A DNA stretch of 63,995 bases, filler included, from Craspedostauros australis (Eukaryota), in assembly GCA_030167865.1 (NCBI GenBank). It is 12 parts of 12 records of this genome, joined end to end, with 100 filler letters (N's around TTAATTAATTAA, not from the genome) between each part and the next. Parts side by side here need not be neighbours in the genome. Positions count along the whole stretch, not along the records: positions 30,009 to 42,664 come from JALAGF010005895.1; positions 42,765 to 54,525 come from JALAGF010005896.1; 10 more parts are not named here. One strand, 5' to 3'. Made by a program: the position numbers and the translations under genes. Positions 36,770 through 48,907 of the stretch are shown piece after piece. Each line of letters starts with the position of its first letter. The first letter of the stretch is position 1. The notes beneath the pieces are model-generated. The model saw nothing but the letters and a program-made list of their open reading frames with translations, was not told the origin of the DNA and made no database searches.

Positions 36770-39700
36770 GTGCCTGCTGGCATGTTATGATCGGATACGC
36801 CCCTGACCTCCTGTGTCTCCGGCTCCGGTGGACCCGCCGCTGCCCCTGATTGCACAGCAATCGCGTCGATGGCCTCGCGGACCTGTCGAGCGAGCTCCGC
36901 CGGCAATGTCTTGGTTCGGGTGCGTTCGCCGGACTCGCCGCGCGTAGTGGTGTGGATGATATCGAGTTGAGCGATTCGGTTGATCTCCGCGTCGGTGATG
37001 CATGGAGGGATGGCGTCTTCGACGACACGCGGCTTGACGATGTTGCGCACAAGCGCGGTGCCCTTCGTGATGTCATCGCCTCGTGGCGACCAAATGTTGT
37101 AGGTGAACGGATCGCCATGATTCCATGCGATGCCAAGGAAGTACCCTGGCTTGAATGGATGGTTGGGAAATTTGGTCATTGGTTCGAAGAACCATACGAG
37201 TTGGAAGAACGTGAAACGAAACATCGATATGTCGGGAGTGTTGCCGCGAAGAATCTCAATCGGAGTACGCCATTGGAGGCTTGCCTTCGCCGTATAATTC
37301 CAGACGTCGATAGCGTGTTGCACAGCATAGCACCAGAATGAGAGTGGCGCCGAGGCCGCCCACAGTAGCTGGTATGCATGCCACTTGACATCGCCGATTG
37401 CCCGTTCCGCGTGGTTCTGGTTCTGATTCATTGGCACAGTGAATTGGTGTTTGATGAGATATCGTGTCGTCACCGCCTTCCATGCCTTGCCCGACTGCAC
37501 CTGCGAATTGTCTGATACGAGTAGATCCGGAGCGCCGATGCGGACGATGAAGTCCATGAGCGCCCCTGGCGCCATGGCCTCGCGGCTCAGTGGCTTCGCC
37601 CAGATGAATTTCGATTGGTTGTGTGAGAAGAGCTGAAAGCATTTGTAATGCTGGATGGATTGAACCGTATAGAAGATCGTGTCCGTGTCAACTCTGCCAT
37701 TGACTCGCGTGGGTTGTAGCACTCCTGCTCGCTGCGCTCGATATTGTCGTGGGATGAGCCTTGACTCTGCCTCGATCGGAGTATCCGCCAGCTGAGTGGA
37801 TGCCGCCATGGTTTTCTCCACCACGTGTGGTGGAAGGTGTCGGAATATTTGCTTGAAGTCGATCCGACCCGTGCTGCGTCGTAGACGCTGGTGTCTGTCG
37901 CATATGATGATATGCCGCGCCGTCGCCATCTCGTGGGCTGTTGGCTTTCTGATGGGAATTCTGAGCGTGTTGCCGTCATGGTTGTCCAGTGGTATGCTGA
38001 TATCGCCCGATGAGACCCGCTGCTGTCCCTGATGTTCAATGAGGCGATCGTAGACGTTCAGTCCGGACGCGCGCATATGATGTGTGTTAAACAGTGATTC
38101 TGTCTGCTGTGGATGCTTGTCGAGAGCCACGTAGCTCGCTTTTATGAGGATCACGCCGCCTGATGGGGGCTCGTATGCTGCCACCGCGTCGACCATCTGG
38201 AATGTCTCGATTGGTGAGTCCATTGTCGCCCCTCGGGCACGAAACTCTTGTTGGTGTGTGTGGGTCACCTCCCAGCCCGACGCATGAACGATGTCTCCGT
38301 CCGCCCCTGAGTCTAGGATGATAAAGCCTTGGCTATTGTTCGTTACTCTTGCCCTTCGGATGCAGTGCTCTACTGTCGGGTGGGTTGTGCACGGATGGGA
38401 CTCTTGTGGTGCCTCCGGACGTGCACGTCCGGGCATTCCCGCTGCGGTCGTCACGCTCGCCCCCCTACAGTCGCGGGGTTTGAGGTGGATGACAATCTCC
38501 GACTGATGGCGAGTTGTGCCCGTCTTTGATTGTCAAGAACCGACGTTCCATGGTCCTTGGGTGCTGGGTTGTCCGGTCTTGTGGTCGCCCGTGCGAGGCC
38601 TCTTGGGCCCTTGCTGGGTCATTGGCAACTTGAGGTTGCGTGCGTACTCTGTTGGCTTGTTGCGCTTGAGGGTGTCCTCATCAATTGGTTTCCCAGTGGT
38701 GCGGAAGTGACGAGACGCTTCGACAGGGAGCACTTGAGTGCTCACCGGCATGCGACGGAAGACGGAATCCGGCAACCGAAACGATGCGGCACCCTTGCGA
38801 TCTCACTTGGAGGATTCGCGTGGCCTCTTGCGGTCGTCCTTGTTGTCCTTCTGCTGGTAGCGACGGTTTTGCTTGGGAGAGTAGTGTCCTTCCGACTTTG
38901 TGAGGAGCGCGTCATGTTGCATGAACGCCTCGCGGATCGCGTTGAAGGATTGTTCCGTGTTACGGAATCTGGACATCTCGCTCGTGAAGCGATCCTCCGT
39001 GATGTTGCGAAAGAACTCCGCGATCTTCTGCTGATCGGTCATCTGCTTCCCGTTCTGCTCCATAACGCGGATGCATTTGGAGAAAGCATTGACGAATACT
39101 GGGAAGGGTCCGGACCCGTCGTAACGGAGTTCGGCGATCTTCTGTTCTTCCTCTGCAATGGCCTCAGCTTTGTGGTCAATGGACTCGTACGTGCGTACGA
39201 GCGCCTGGAACGCATCATGGCCGTTGGGGTCATGTGCTTCCATGATGAATGCTGCGCATCCTTGTTCCGTCTTCGTGTGCAGGGCAGTGTACAGCTGCGC
39301 GTCGATCTCTGCGCTGAAGTGCGATGGCTTGTCGGCGTCAAGGTATGTTGCGTATCTGGATGTGACCAGCTGGCGTTTGAACGAGATCTTCCAGTCATAC
39401 CAGTTGCCTTTGATCCTGGTGAACTTGGGTGCTTCTGGCATGCTGATCTTGTTGAACTTCCATCCTGATGGAGTTCTTGGAGTTTGTGGTGGTCGGGCTG
39501 TGCTTGCCACGCGGTTCGGGGAGCTGACTGTGATTTCTCGACCTGTTGCGTCAGTGATCTCCACTGCTGCTGCTGCCTCTCTGATTGCTACTTCCGATCA
39601 GACTTGAGCGGCTGCGTTCGCGACTGTCGTGCTGACTTCTGGCGGCACGTAGTTGTTCGCTTCGTTGAACGTGTCGATTTCGTTCCAATCGGCTCGCGCG

Positions 39701-42020
39701 TTGATCGTGTTGGATCTCGCGTACGCGAAGATGCGGAGGATGTTGCTTATGTTGATTGATGACAGTGTTGGCGAGAGCGCCAATGCCGCCACGATGGTAA
39801 CGTCCGGATTGCGGATCGCACGATCGATTCTTCCGAGTTTCTCGCTGAGGAACGCCGTCTCTTTGTCATCGAGCTGAACCAGCTCTTGGATGATCTTGTT
39901 GAAGGTGTTGATGTTGGTTGGACGGTCCATGGTGATAGCTCGTAAGATGGCAAAAGGTGGTGTGGTGTTGGGTGTTGCTCAGTGTTGGTAAGCACGACTC
40001 TTAATCTGTCAAACATGTACAAGTAACTACGGAAGACGTATTGGCCCGTTGTTGCGTGCCCTGGTCGGAGCTCTTGTTGATTATTTGTGAGTGTTGTCCG
40101 AAGACAACCCCGGACCAGTATTTGACTAGTACAATTAGTAAAAGAGTAAGAAGTAAGGAATTCAGTGAGAATAGTTGAGAATCAATAAGGGACAGACTAT
40201 TATCGGACACGGTATCAACCTGATGGGAGAAATTCTTGTTTTGGCGCGAAATCTTCCGACTTGATTGACCACCAAATCTTTTCTCCTCCTTTCTCTCCTC
40301 CATTCACGAATCCATCATGACTCAAGCATGACCGACCTGATTCACACCTCGCCTTGGGAACTATATGCTCCTCAGATCCTTTTTACTACAACATACCTCG
40401 ATTCCCTCCATGCTGATGACTACTGCACCACTGCCGTAGTCTTGACGCGTGTATCCAACCTGCTTCAACTCGAGCAATGGAATCCGAGGGTCAGCTCCAG
40501 CCACAGCCACTGCTTCATGACTGTCACTGTCAAGTGTCACGATCTACACTGCAGTGTATCTACATGTATGGAGAGCAAGGCACTGTAATGACCACCTGCC
40601 CTGTAGCACTGAACCAAGTACATCAGTGCAGGGTCTCGCCAAGTTGTGTAGCATCGTTTCTTCACCCTACTAACACTACAAGCTAACTCATAATAAACAG
40701 ACAAGGATTAGCTACAACGCACTCTTCTACTCATCGCTACAGTAACAACTCTTCAATCAGTACACCCCTCTTGAACTGCATTACATGGCTATCTCGAAGC
40801 CGGCAGATTCACGAGGCATCCTCCACCGCTTCGCGCCAACTACGCCCGAATCCTAACTACAGGCTACATTGCGGTGCACGACTAGTTGTCAAATGATGTG
40901 GGACACGCTACAAGGTGGTCCGAGTGTGATCATTGAGAGTTGATTCTACTGAGCCGTGATTGATAGTTTTGGGGGTGCGGCAATTATTGGTATCTTGACA
41001 AAGTCGTACCCTCGATTCCTGACAAGCAAGCTAGTGAAAATGGCCACCAGAAAGCAGGGGAAGAAGACCATCACGGAGACACCACAAAGGGGTATCAGCA
41101 AGCCAACGAAGTACGCTATTACACAGACAGAAAGAATGGGCAACGCACAGACCCAGAAGCCACGAGACACTAGTAGGAGAAGGTAGCGAAGCCTAGAAGA
41201 AGAAGTAGAAAAGTATTAGCACCAAGGGAATTCAGGTAGAGAGGGGACAGGTGTGATGCCATAAGATGATGATGGGTGTTGGTATTGGTATGGTGTGGTG
41301 TGTGGTTCGACAACAACACAATCCGCTGTTGTTCAGTTTTGTGAGTTGCGATCAGCGACATCACTGACCACGTATTGGGTTTTAGAACCTACCATACGGT
41401 GTGAAGAGCATTGCCGATACTCCCGGGATCATCTAGCTGTGAGTCAATCTGGAACAAAAAGCAGCGAAAACTCTGCAACTGGTGCTATCGGTTTGCAGAG
41501 CGATCGAGGTGGAGTGTCCAGTCACCTCATTCAGCCTTTGCCATTTTTGCGCACAGGCAGCGTGGAGCAATACCCGCACAACCTGCAACATGATTTTCGC
41601 CTCTTCTGATGTCCTTGCGCAAAGCGACATCGACTTGTGCGGCAGAAGCAAAGACGAAGAATTTTTCTGATGTATTCACGTTGGAATTGGAGCGCGATTC
41701 TTGTCCTCTTCAGCGAATGAAACAGAGAACAAGAGAGAAGGGACCAGGTCGAACAGAGTGCGCAACTCCAGGCGCTGAGAGGCATGTGTGGAACCACATG
41801 TGGCCAGCCTCAGCGGATGTTTGCGTTGCTGAATGGATGTTGCCTCGCTTCCTCCGTCCGCCCTGGTGACTTCCAAAGAGGAGGTGGAGTCATGATGACG
41901 CGAAGATCCCATTTGTCCATCCTCTGAGCCACTCGGACGTTGCATATTCTGCACGAGTAGAACACTCACGGCCACGATAACAGCAGCAGAGTACCAACAC
42001 GAGCATCCAACACCAATGGT

Positions 42021-42664
42021 ATGGCATCTCACCGCTCTTTGAGGACCACCGGAGTACTCCCTATGACATCAATGAAGTCCAGTGCCTCCCCAACATCCGC
42101 TGCGGCGATGGGATCAACAAGCAACATGACATCTCCTTCCACTTCAGCCACACCACGATGCAGTAGGGCATCGCTTCGCCTTCACGATAGCGTCTTGACG
42201 TCAGGAAATGACTTCTACGATGATGGATACAACGAAGTCGAGCTCGACACAGACCTGCCGAGCTCGCTCTTCAGCAGTCGCCGCAGTGGCAGCGATGATG
42301 GTAATGATGGTGATGATGGCAGAGATGGAATGTTTGGACGTGAGGAGGAGCTGCGAACACTCCATCGCACATTCAAGCAGATGATACACAATTCCAAATC
42401 AAAAAAGAACAGGAAAGGGACCGCCCAGAAGTCCTCCGTGAATACCACCCTTCCGTCTCAGACATCTATGGATGTGACCACCGATCGATCCTTCGTTCCA
42501 GCCGCCTTCGTTTGGGGTACCAGCGGTACGGGCAAGTCCAAGCTCGTCGACGTCTTCTGTGATCAGTTGCTCGAAACGATCAATACCCGCAAAGGCAGAG
42601 GAGTCCGTGTGCTGAAGGGCAAATTCCAGGAGCATCAGCAAGGCAATCCCTTCTCCGCCATCAC
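42021..42664 (+). CDS. N-terminal part of STAND/AAA-ATPase (AAA_16-like) gene, cut by scaffold end
   Basis: FGREEELRTL, Walker A FVWGTSGTGKSKLV, GKF...PFSAI. Confidence 0.8.
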
Positions 42665-42764
42665 NNNNNNNNNNNNNNNNNNNNNNNNNNNNNNNNNNNN
42701 NNNNNNNNTTAATTAATTAANNNNNNNNNNNNNNNNNNNNNNNNNNNNNNNNNNNNNNNNNNNN

Positions 42765-43129
42765 GGCATCAGCATCATGGATACGAAAGGTGAACTTCAA
42801 ATGGCGAGTACTCATGGAGTAGAAGCCAGTACTGAATGAACGGAGTGTCGAATACGAAGTACGTATTGAACACGGAGTATCGTGTGCGACGAGTACACGA
42901 TGTTGAGAGAGAGAGAGAATACAGAGAAGAGCGAGAGAGCATCTCGCGTACCGACTCATAGTCGGAGACTGAATCTACGAAACAGATTGAAGNNNNNNNN
43001 NNNNNNNNNNNNNNNNNNNNNNNNNNNNNNNNNNNNNNGAGTAGCCAAGTAATGAAATAGCAAACGAACGACTATCAACCAACACCATCTTCCACGATCG
43101 TAGGTTACCGTGCGCGGAACTTGCCAACA
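42765..43129 (+). mobile_element. 795-bp LTR-like element, copy 5 (partial, scaffold edge)
   Basis: Reverse complement of the TGTTGGCAAG end. Confidence 0.88.
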
Positions 43130-43939
43130 AGTGATTGCGTCGAAGCCTTGGTCGGCCTTAGCGCGGAGTAATTGAAAAGCCACAGCATAATTGCATTCGT
43201 TATATAATATGATTCTTGAGCTTTCCAGCAGTGTGCTCTTGCGAAGGCAACCCATGACTTCAGTATGTAATGTCATTCGTGTCGGCTTTGATGCTCTCAT
43301 TTTGGTTCTTCCACGAAACAGTGCTGTTGCTGCAGACGTATTCTCTCGGTTGGGTGGAACACCTTCCCTCCATCACATTCATGTTCCACTCGTTTGACCC
43401 TCTCAGTGAAGTTTGGTGTCTGACACAAATAGATAGAGTACACGTAGATAGATGCATAGATAGTTGTCGCGGAGATGGTTGTAGTTGCCCTCTGGGTGCC
43501 ACTCTGGATCCCACATGAGGGGTCTTGGTGGTTTTGGAACATGTTCGTACTAGTCGAAGATACAGATCTTCGCTCAAAAACTCGAGAACCCAACAAGAAC
43601 TGTGCGACCTCCTTGCCACATCCAAAAGAGCAACAGACTCTGCAGCGTCGCTCAAGTCAGATCGAATGGTGCCGTCGTGTCGATTGATGATTCAAAACAG
43701 CTCCTTGCATGGATCGGGGTATCTGAATTGCATGTACGTATGATCAATTCAATTCGCAGCATACCCTCACGAGAGGCTGTCGTCACAAAGTGAGTGTACT
43801 CTACTATACTCCTGCTCCCGTTTGCTTGTGCGTCCTTTGCTCGTCTGCCCAAAGGGTTCGCAGTCACGGGACCGCATACCAATTCCAACAATGCCACTCC
43901 TCCACACTCACACATGTACAGCAACAAACTGAATCCAAC

Positions 43940-46900
43940 ATGGACTATGAGCTCCACAAGGCTTGCTTTTATGGCAACGTATCCAAAGTGCAGGAACTCA
44001 TCGCAGCCGATGATACCATCGAGCAGATCAGCGCTCAAGATTACAACGGCTACACTCCACTGCATGTGGCTTGCGAATTTGGGCGCAGAAACATCATCTG
44101 GCGTTTGCTGGGGCTGGACGCAGGCAATGTGTGCGTCAACATCCAAAATATCGACGGCAACACACCCCTCCACCTGGCCTGCCGCAAGGGCTACAGGGAC
44201 GTGGTCAATGCGTTGATTCGTTCCATCCACAACAACAGCACAACCAACGCAGCCACCAGCATCGACATCAATCTGAAGAACAACAACGGTTGGACGCCGC
44301 TGCATTACGCGTGTAGAAAGCGACACACGGATGTGGTTGAGTACTTTCTGCACCTCAATCGCAGCGACAGCCATATCCATGCCGATTTCGACACCAAGGA
44401 CCACCTTGGCAAGACGCCGCTTGGTCACGTTTCAGCAGAACGTGACGAGGAGTGGATCCGTTCTTTGGTCGCATCCTGCCTGGTCAACCAGGAAGGACAC
44501 ACGTCGTTCGCTGGCAAAGATAGGACAAACACCGCGCTCCACCTTGCCTGTCTATCGGGGCTTCTGGACGTGGTGCGCGCCCTCGCCAAATCCACCAACA
44601 TCTCGGTTGATGTCAACGCCAAGAACAACAAGGGGTTCACCGCGTTTCACTACGCCTGCCAGAAGGGGCACACAGATGTGATCAACTACATGCTGCAATC
44701 CAACAGTGTGGGCAACAAGATGGATCTTTCCATCAAGAACACGGATGGAGATACGCCCCTTCATCTGGGTTGCAGGCACGGGGACGAAGACAACATCGAA
44801 CTCCTGTTGGCAAGGAAGCGACAACGAACTGACGTTGATGTCAACGTCACCAACAACAGAGGCAATACGCCTTTGCATGACGCTTGTTGGCGCGGGCAAA
44901 CGGGTGTGCTGAAGCGACTGGTCGAATCAGAACCAACCAAGATCAACGCAAATATCCAAAACAACGATAAAGACACGCCGCTTCATCTCGCTTGCCGGCG
45001 CGGACACAAGGACGCGGTGGAATACATGGCAAACTCACAGACAGCCAAAGTGAACCTCGAGGTCCGCAACAAATACGGAAACACGCCATTCCACGTCGCC
45101 TGCGTATCCGGACGTGAAGATCTCGTCAGGTATTTGGCGAATTCGCAACAACTCAACGTTGACACCAAAGCGAAGAACAAGAACAAGAGTACGCCGCTTC
45201 ACAGTGCCAGTCGCCGGGGGCACGATGGCGTTGCCGACTTCTTGCTTGAGCTCGACCAAAGCACCAACAATGGCGGTGGCAACGCACCCAACAACAACGA
45301 AAACACACCACTGCATGTTGCATGCCGGCGTGGCAAGAGGCATGTGATCTATCGCATGCTGAAGAATCATCGAGAGAAGGTGGACGTCAACGCCGCAAAC
45401 AACAACGGGAACACGCCGCTGCACGTCGCCTGTCGCCACGGACAGGTGAATGTGGTCCAGGACTTGATCCAATACATGTTCGAATGCAACGATAGACAAC
45501 CTGTTGATGCCAACACCCAGAACAACAAGGGATACACACCGCTTCACTACGCCTGTCGATACGGTCACATCGACATTGTGAAACACCTCATCGAATCAGC
45601 TCAAGCCGACGTTGACGTCAACACCCAAGACGAAAACGGCGACACGCCAATTCACCTTGCTTGTCGCAAGCGAAAGAGGGACGTTGTGGAATACATGGTG
45701 GAATCCGATCAAGCCAAAGTTGATCTCAACATCAGAAACTATCAGGGTCGCAGGCCGCTCGAGGCTGCTTGCAAGAACGGGGACGCGGATCTTGCCGAGT
45801 ATCTCGTCACATCAGATAGAGCCGGGATTGATTTCGAGCAAAACAAACCACTGCATGCGGCCTGCCGACATGGGCAGACGAACATCGTCTATCGTTTCAT
45901 ACCATCCAAGCAGATTCACATCGACATCAACAAGCAAGACGAAGCTGGCTGCGCACCGCTCCATTATGCGTGTCAGTACGGCCAAAACGACATCGTCGCA
46001 TTCATGGTTGGATTTGGTGAGGACATCATCAAGTTCAACGTCACAAACACCAACGGCGATTCGCCACTCCATCTGGCATGTCGACACGGCAAACTCCGCG
46101 TCGTTGAATGCATGATCAAGTCGGATCTGGACGGCAGAATCAATTTCAGCATCCTCAACAAAAGCGGATGCACACCAATCCATCTTGCATGTGGCAATGG
46201 TCGTCAAGCTGTGCTAAAGTGCCTCATGGAATCGGATCGCAGCGACGTAGATCCAAACATACAAGACGACGATGGAGACTCTCCACTTCATCTGGCATGC
46301 CGCTTTGGCCAGGAGGGAGTGGTAGAGTACTTGGTGAAGTCTAATCGGATCAACATTGATGCCACCGCTCGTAACTCAGATGGAGACACAGCACTCCATG
46401 TTGCTTGCCAACACCAACACGCCAAAGCGGTGCAATGCATTGTGCAGTCAACGCAGGCAAACGTCCACGCCAGTGTCAACGTCAGAAACGCAAACAATGG
46501 AAACACACCATTCCATGATGCATGTAGTTCTACACAAGGCAACATCGTTCAATGTTTGGTGGAATCAGAGACCACCAACATCGATGTCAACGCCCGCAAC
46601 GGCAAAGGCGAGACAGGACTGTACCGCGCCTGTTGGTTTGGAAATATCGAGGTGATTCAATATTTGATGGGATTGGGCACTACGGTTGACATGACCATCT
46701 CCAACAACGATGGACGCACGCCATTGCATATTGCATGCCAGCAAGGTCACATGCGCGTGGTCAAACTCCTCGTGGAATCCAACCTGGAGGCTGTCAACAC
46801 CCTCATCAACAGCCAATCTGAGCTTGGCCATGCCCCCCTTGACCTCGCTTGCCAACGCAGACACAAGGACGTGGTCGAGTACTTGACAGGTCCGCTTGGT

Positions 46901-48378
46901 GACGGCATCAACGTACAATATGAGAACACGCCTCTACACCATGCGTGTTGCCGTCGCCAATTAGAGACCGTTCAGCATCTCATCGAGTCTGTTGGCTTCA
47001 ATCCTGGTCTCACGACCAAGGATGGCAGAACTGGACTTCATTGCGCCGCGCGATTTGGACGACACGAGACCGTAAGGTACTTGATCGACATCACCAACAT
47101 CAATATCAACATCAACGCTCAAGACAATGATGGGAATACCCCCTTGTATCTTGCCTGCCGAGAGCATGATCCGGGATTCGTCGACGGCCATTGGGAGGTA
47201 TTCAACATACTCTTGCAACATCCACAAATCGATGTCAACATCCCCAATCACCATCATCAAACGCCGCTGATCGAAGCATGCAAACAGTACACATCTGAGA
47301 GCGGATACAACGTTCTCGTCGAAGGACTCGTGGAAGCATACGCGGATGCCAATGTCGCGGACAATCACGGCAACACCCCATTGCACATCATCATCAAGGA
47401 CGGACACTTCGAGATGTTCAAGTACCTGGCTGATAGGGAGGACAGCCAAATGAATGTTCGGAATAACGCTGGCCAAACGCTGTTGCACGTTGCCTGCAGC
47501 AAACTAATATTCTCGGATGATGGAGATGCGCAGCATCATGCCATCATCCAGCATCTCCTGGCGGAAGAGCAGCTCGACGTCAATCAGCAGGACAACGAGG
47601 GCAATACGCCACTGCATCTCATGTGCGCTGCAGACTGCACGCATGCTGATGGCATTCGGTATCTGGTGGACGTGTGGAGAGCCCGTACCGACACTCCCAA
47701 CAGCGCTGGCCAAACCCCATTGCATTTTGCGAGCATGCAAGGGCATCTTGAGGTGGTGCAATACTTGAGTGGACAGACCAATACCGGCGTCAACACCCTC
47801 AACACCGCTGGCCAAACTCCGCTGCACTTTGCGTGTGCAGGTGGGCGCCTTGAAGTGGCGAAACATCTGGTTGAAGAGGCACAGGCTGATATCAACATCC
47901 AAGACTAACAAGGCTACACGCTGCCAAATGCCAATGTCAACTTGCAAGATGCGCTCGGACACACCCCGCTGCACTTTGCATGCGCTGGTGGACACGATGA
48001 TATGGCGGGTCATTTGACCGAGATCGCAGGCGTGGACGTGAATGTCCAAAACAGTGAGGGCAACTCTCCATTGCATCTTACAGTCCAAAACTACGGCGAT
48101 GGCAACGGCGGGCACTGGGATATTCTCGACATCTTGTTCGAGATGAAACAGAGCAATCCCAACCTGACCAACATGAAGCACGAAACTCCGCTGCTCATCG
48201 CGTCCACAATGTCCGCGGCCGGCAATGGCGCTTACGAGTCCGTCATCGACGAATTGTTGGAAAGAGCTCACGCAGATGTGAACATTGCCGATGTGGATGG
48301 CAATACGCCTTTGCACGCTTTGTGCTGGTACGGGCGTCTAAAGACGGTGCGTGATTGGCTCGACACACCTGATGTCGA
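43940..48378 (+). pseudogene. Giant ankyrin-repeat protein gene (~40 repeats), in-frame TAA at 47906-47908 and 3' end cut by LTR insertion
   Basis: About 36 G.TPLH.AC repeats from ATG 43940 to the stop. Four more follow in the same frame (47942 onward) until the LTR at 48379. Confidence 0.88.
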
Positions 48379-48907
48379 CAATAGAGCTAAACTAGTACCC
48401 ATCTTAGAGAGAGAGACTACAAATCATCCGATCTGTCAGCATTCCAGTAGATTGAATCAATACTTCACCGGCCCCCACGTTTGGGGACAGATCCAGAACA
48501 TTGAAGCAGATCTTTGGAACCTGTGTCAAGGAACCAGTAGGGTTCCGAGAACCAAGTTTCTGACACACCCACCATCGCCAAAACGCTGACACATGGAAAC
48601 AGAGCCCCAGCAACGCGCATCATTGCCCATTGTCTCTCACGGAACTCAGCCAACGGATCTCGACCCACGGTACTTGGGCTACACGACCCATACACACTGT
48701 CATTCAGGACACCACAGGAGATCCTCCCTGCAGGGAAGAACCATAGCACTAATCTTATAATCCGCACGTTTCTTCACCATCTACCAGTATTCTCAATTGA
48801 CTACTTGTGGAACAGACGACTCACGTTTGGACCGCTTGCCAATCAAACCTCTGCCCAAAGCTATCAAAAGCCAACAAGACAACAGCCACTACGTTTGGGC
48901 TCTATTA
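48379..48907 (+). mobile_element. 5' LTR (529 bp) with (T/C)AATAGAGC...GCTCTATTA termini
   Basis: Start defined by the homolog at 15147, end by the inverted repeat and the adjacent PBS GATTAACAGTCGCA (48908-48921). Confidence 0.8.

Larger units (their letters stand above)
32913..40172 (-). mobile_element. Near full-length Ty1/copia (CoDi-I-like) with two ~170-bp LTRs, degenerate and nested
   Basis: LTRs at 32913-33084 and 40007-40172 (about 8 differences; the 5' LTR lacks its outer 5 bp). PBS GATTAAGAGTCGTGC at 40006-39992. gag 39930-38803, PR ILDSGAD, IN TDTIF..SDN..NHAER, chromo-like domain, RT HVDDF, RNase H VNADHA..GAEF..GDN..ADMLTK, PPT AAGGGG. Confidence 0.93.
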
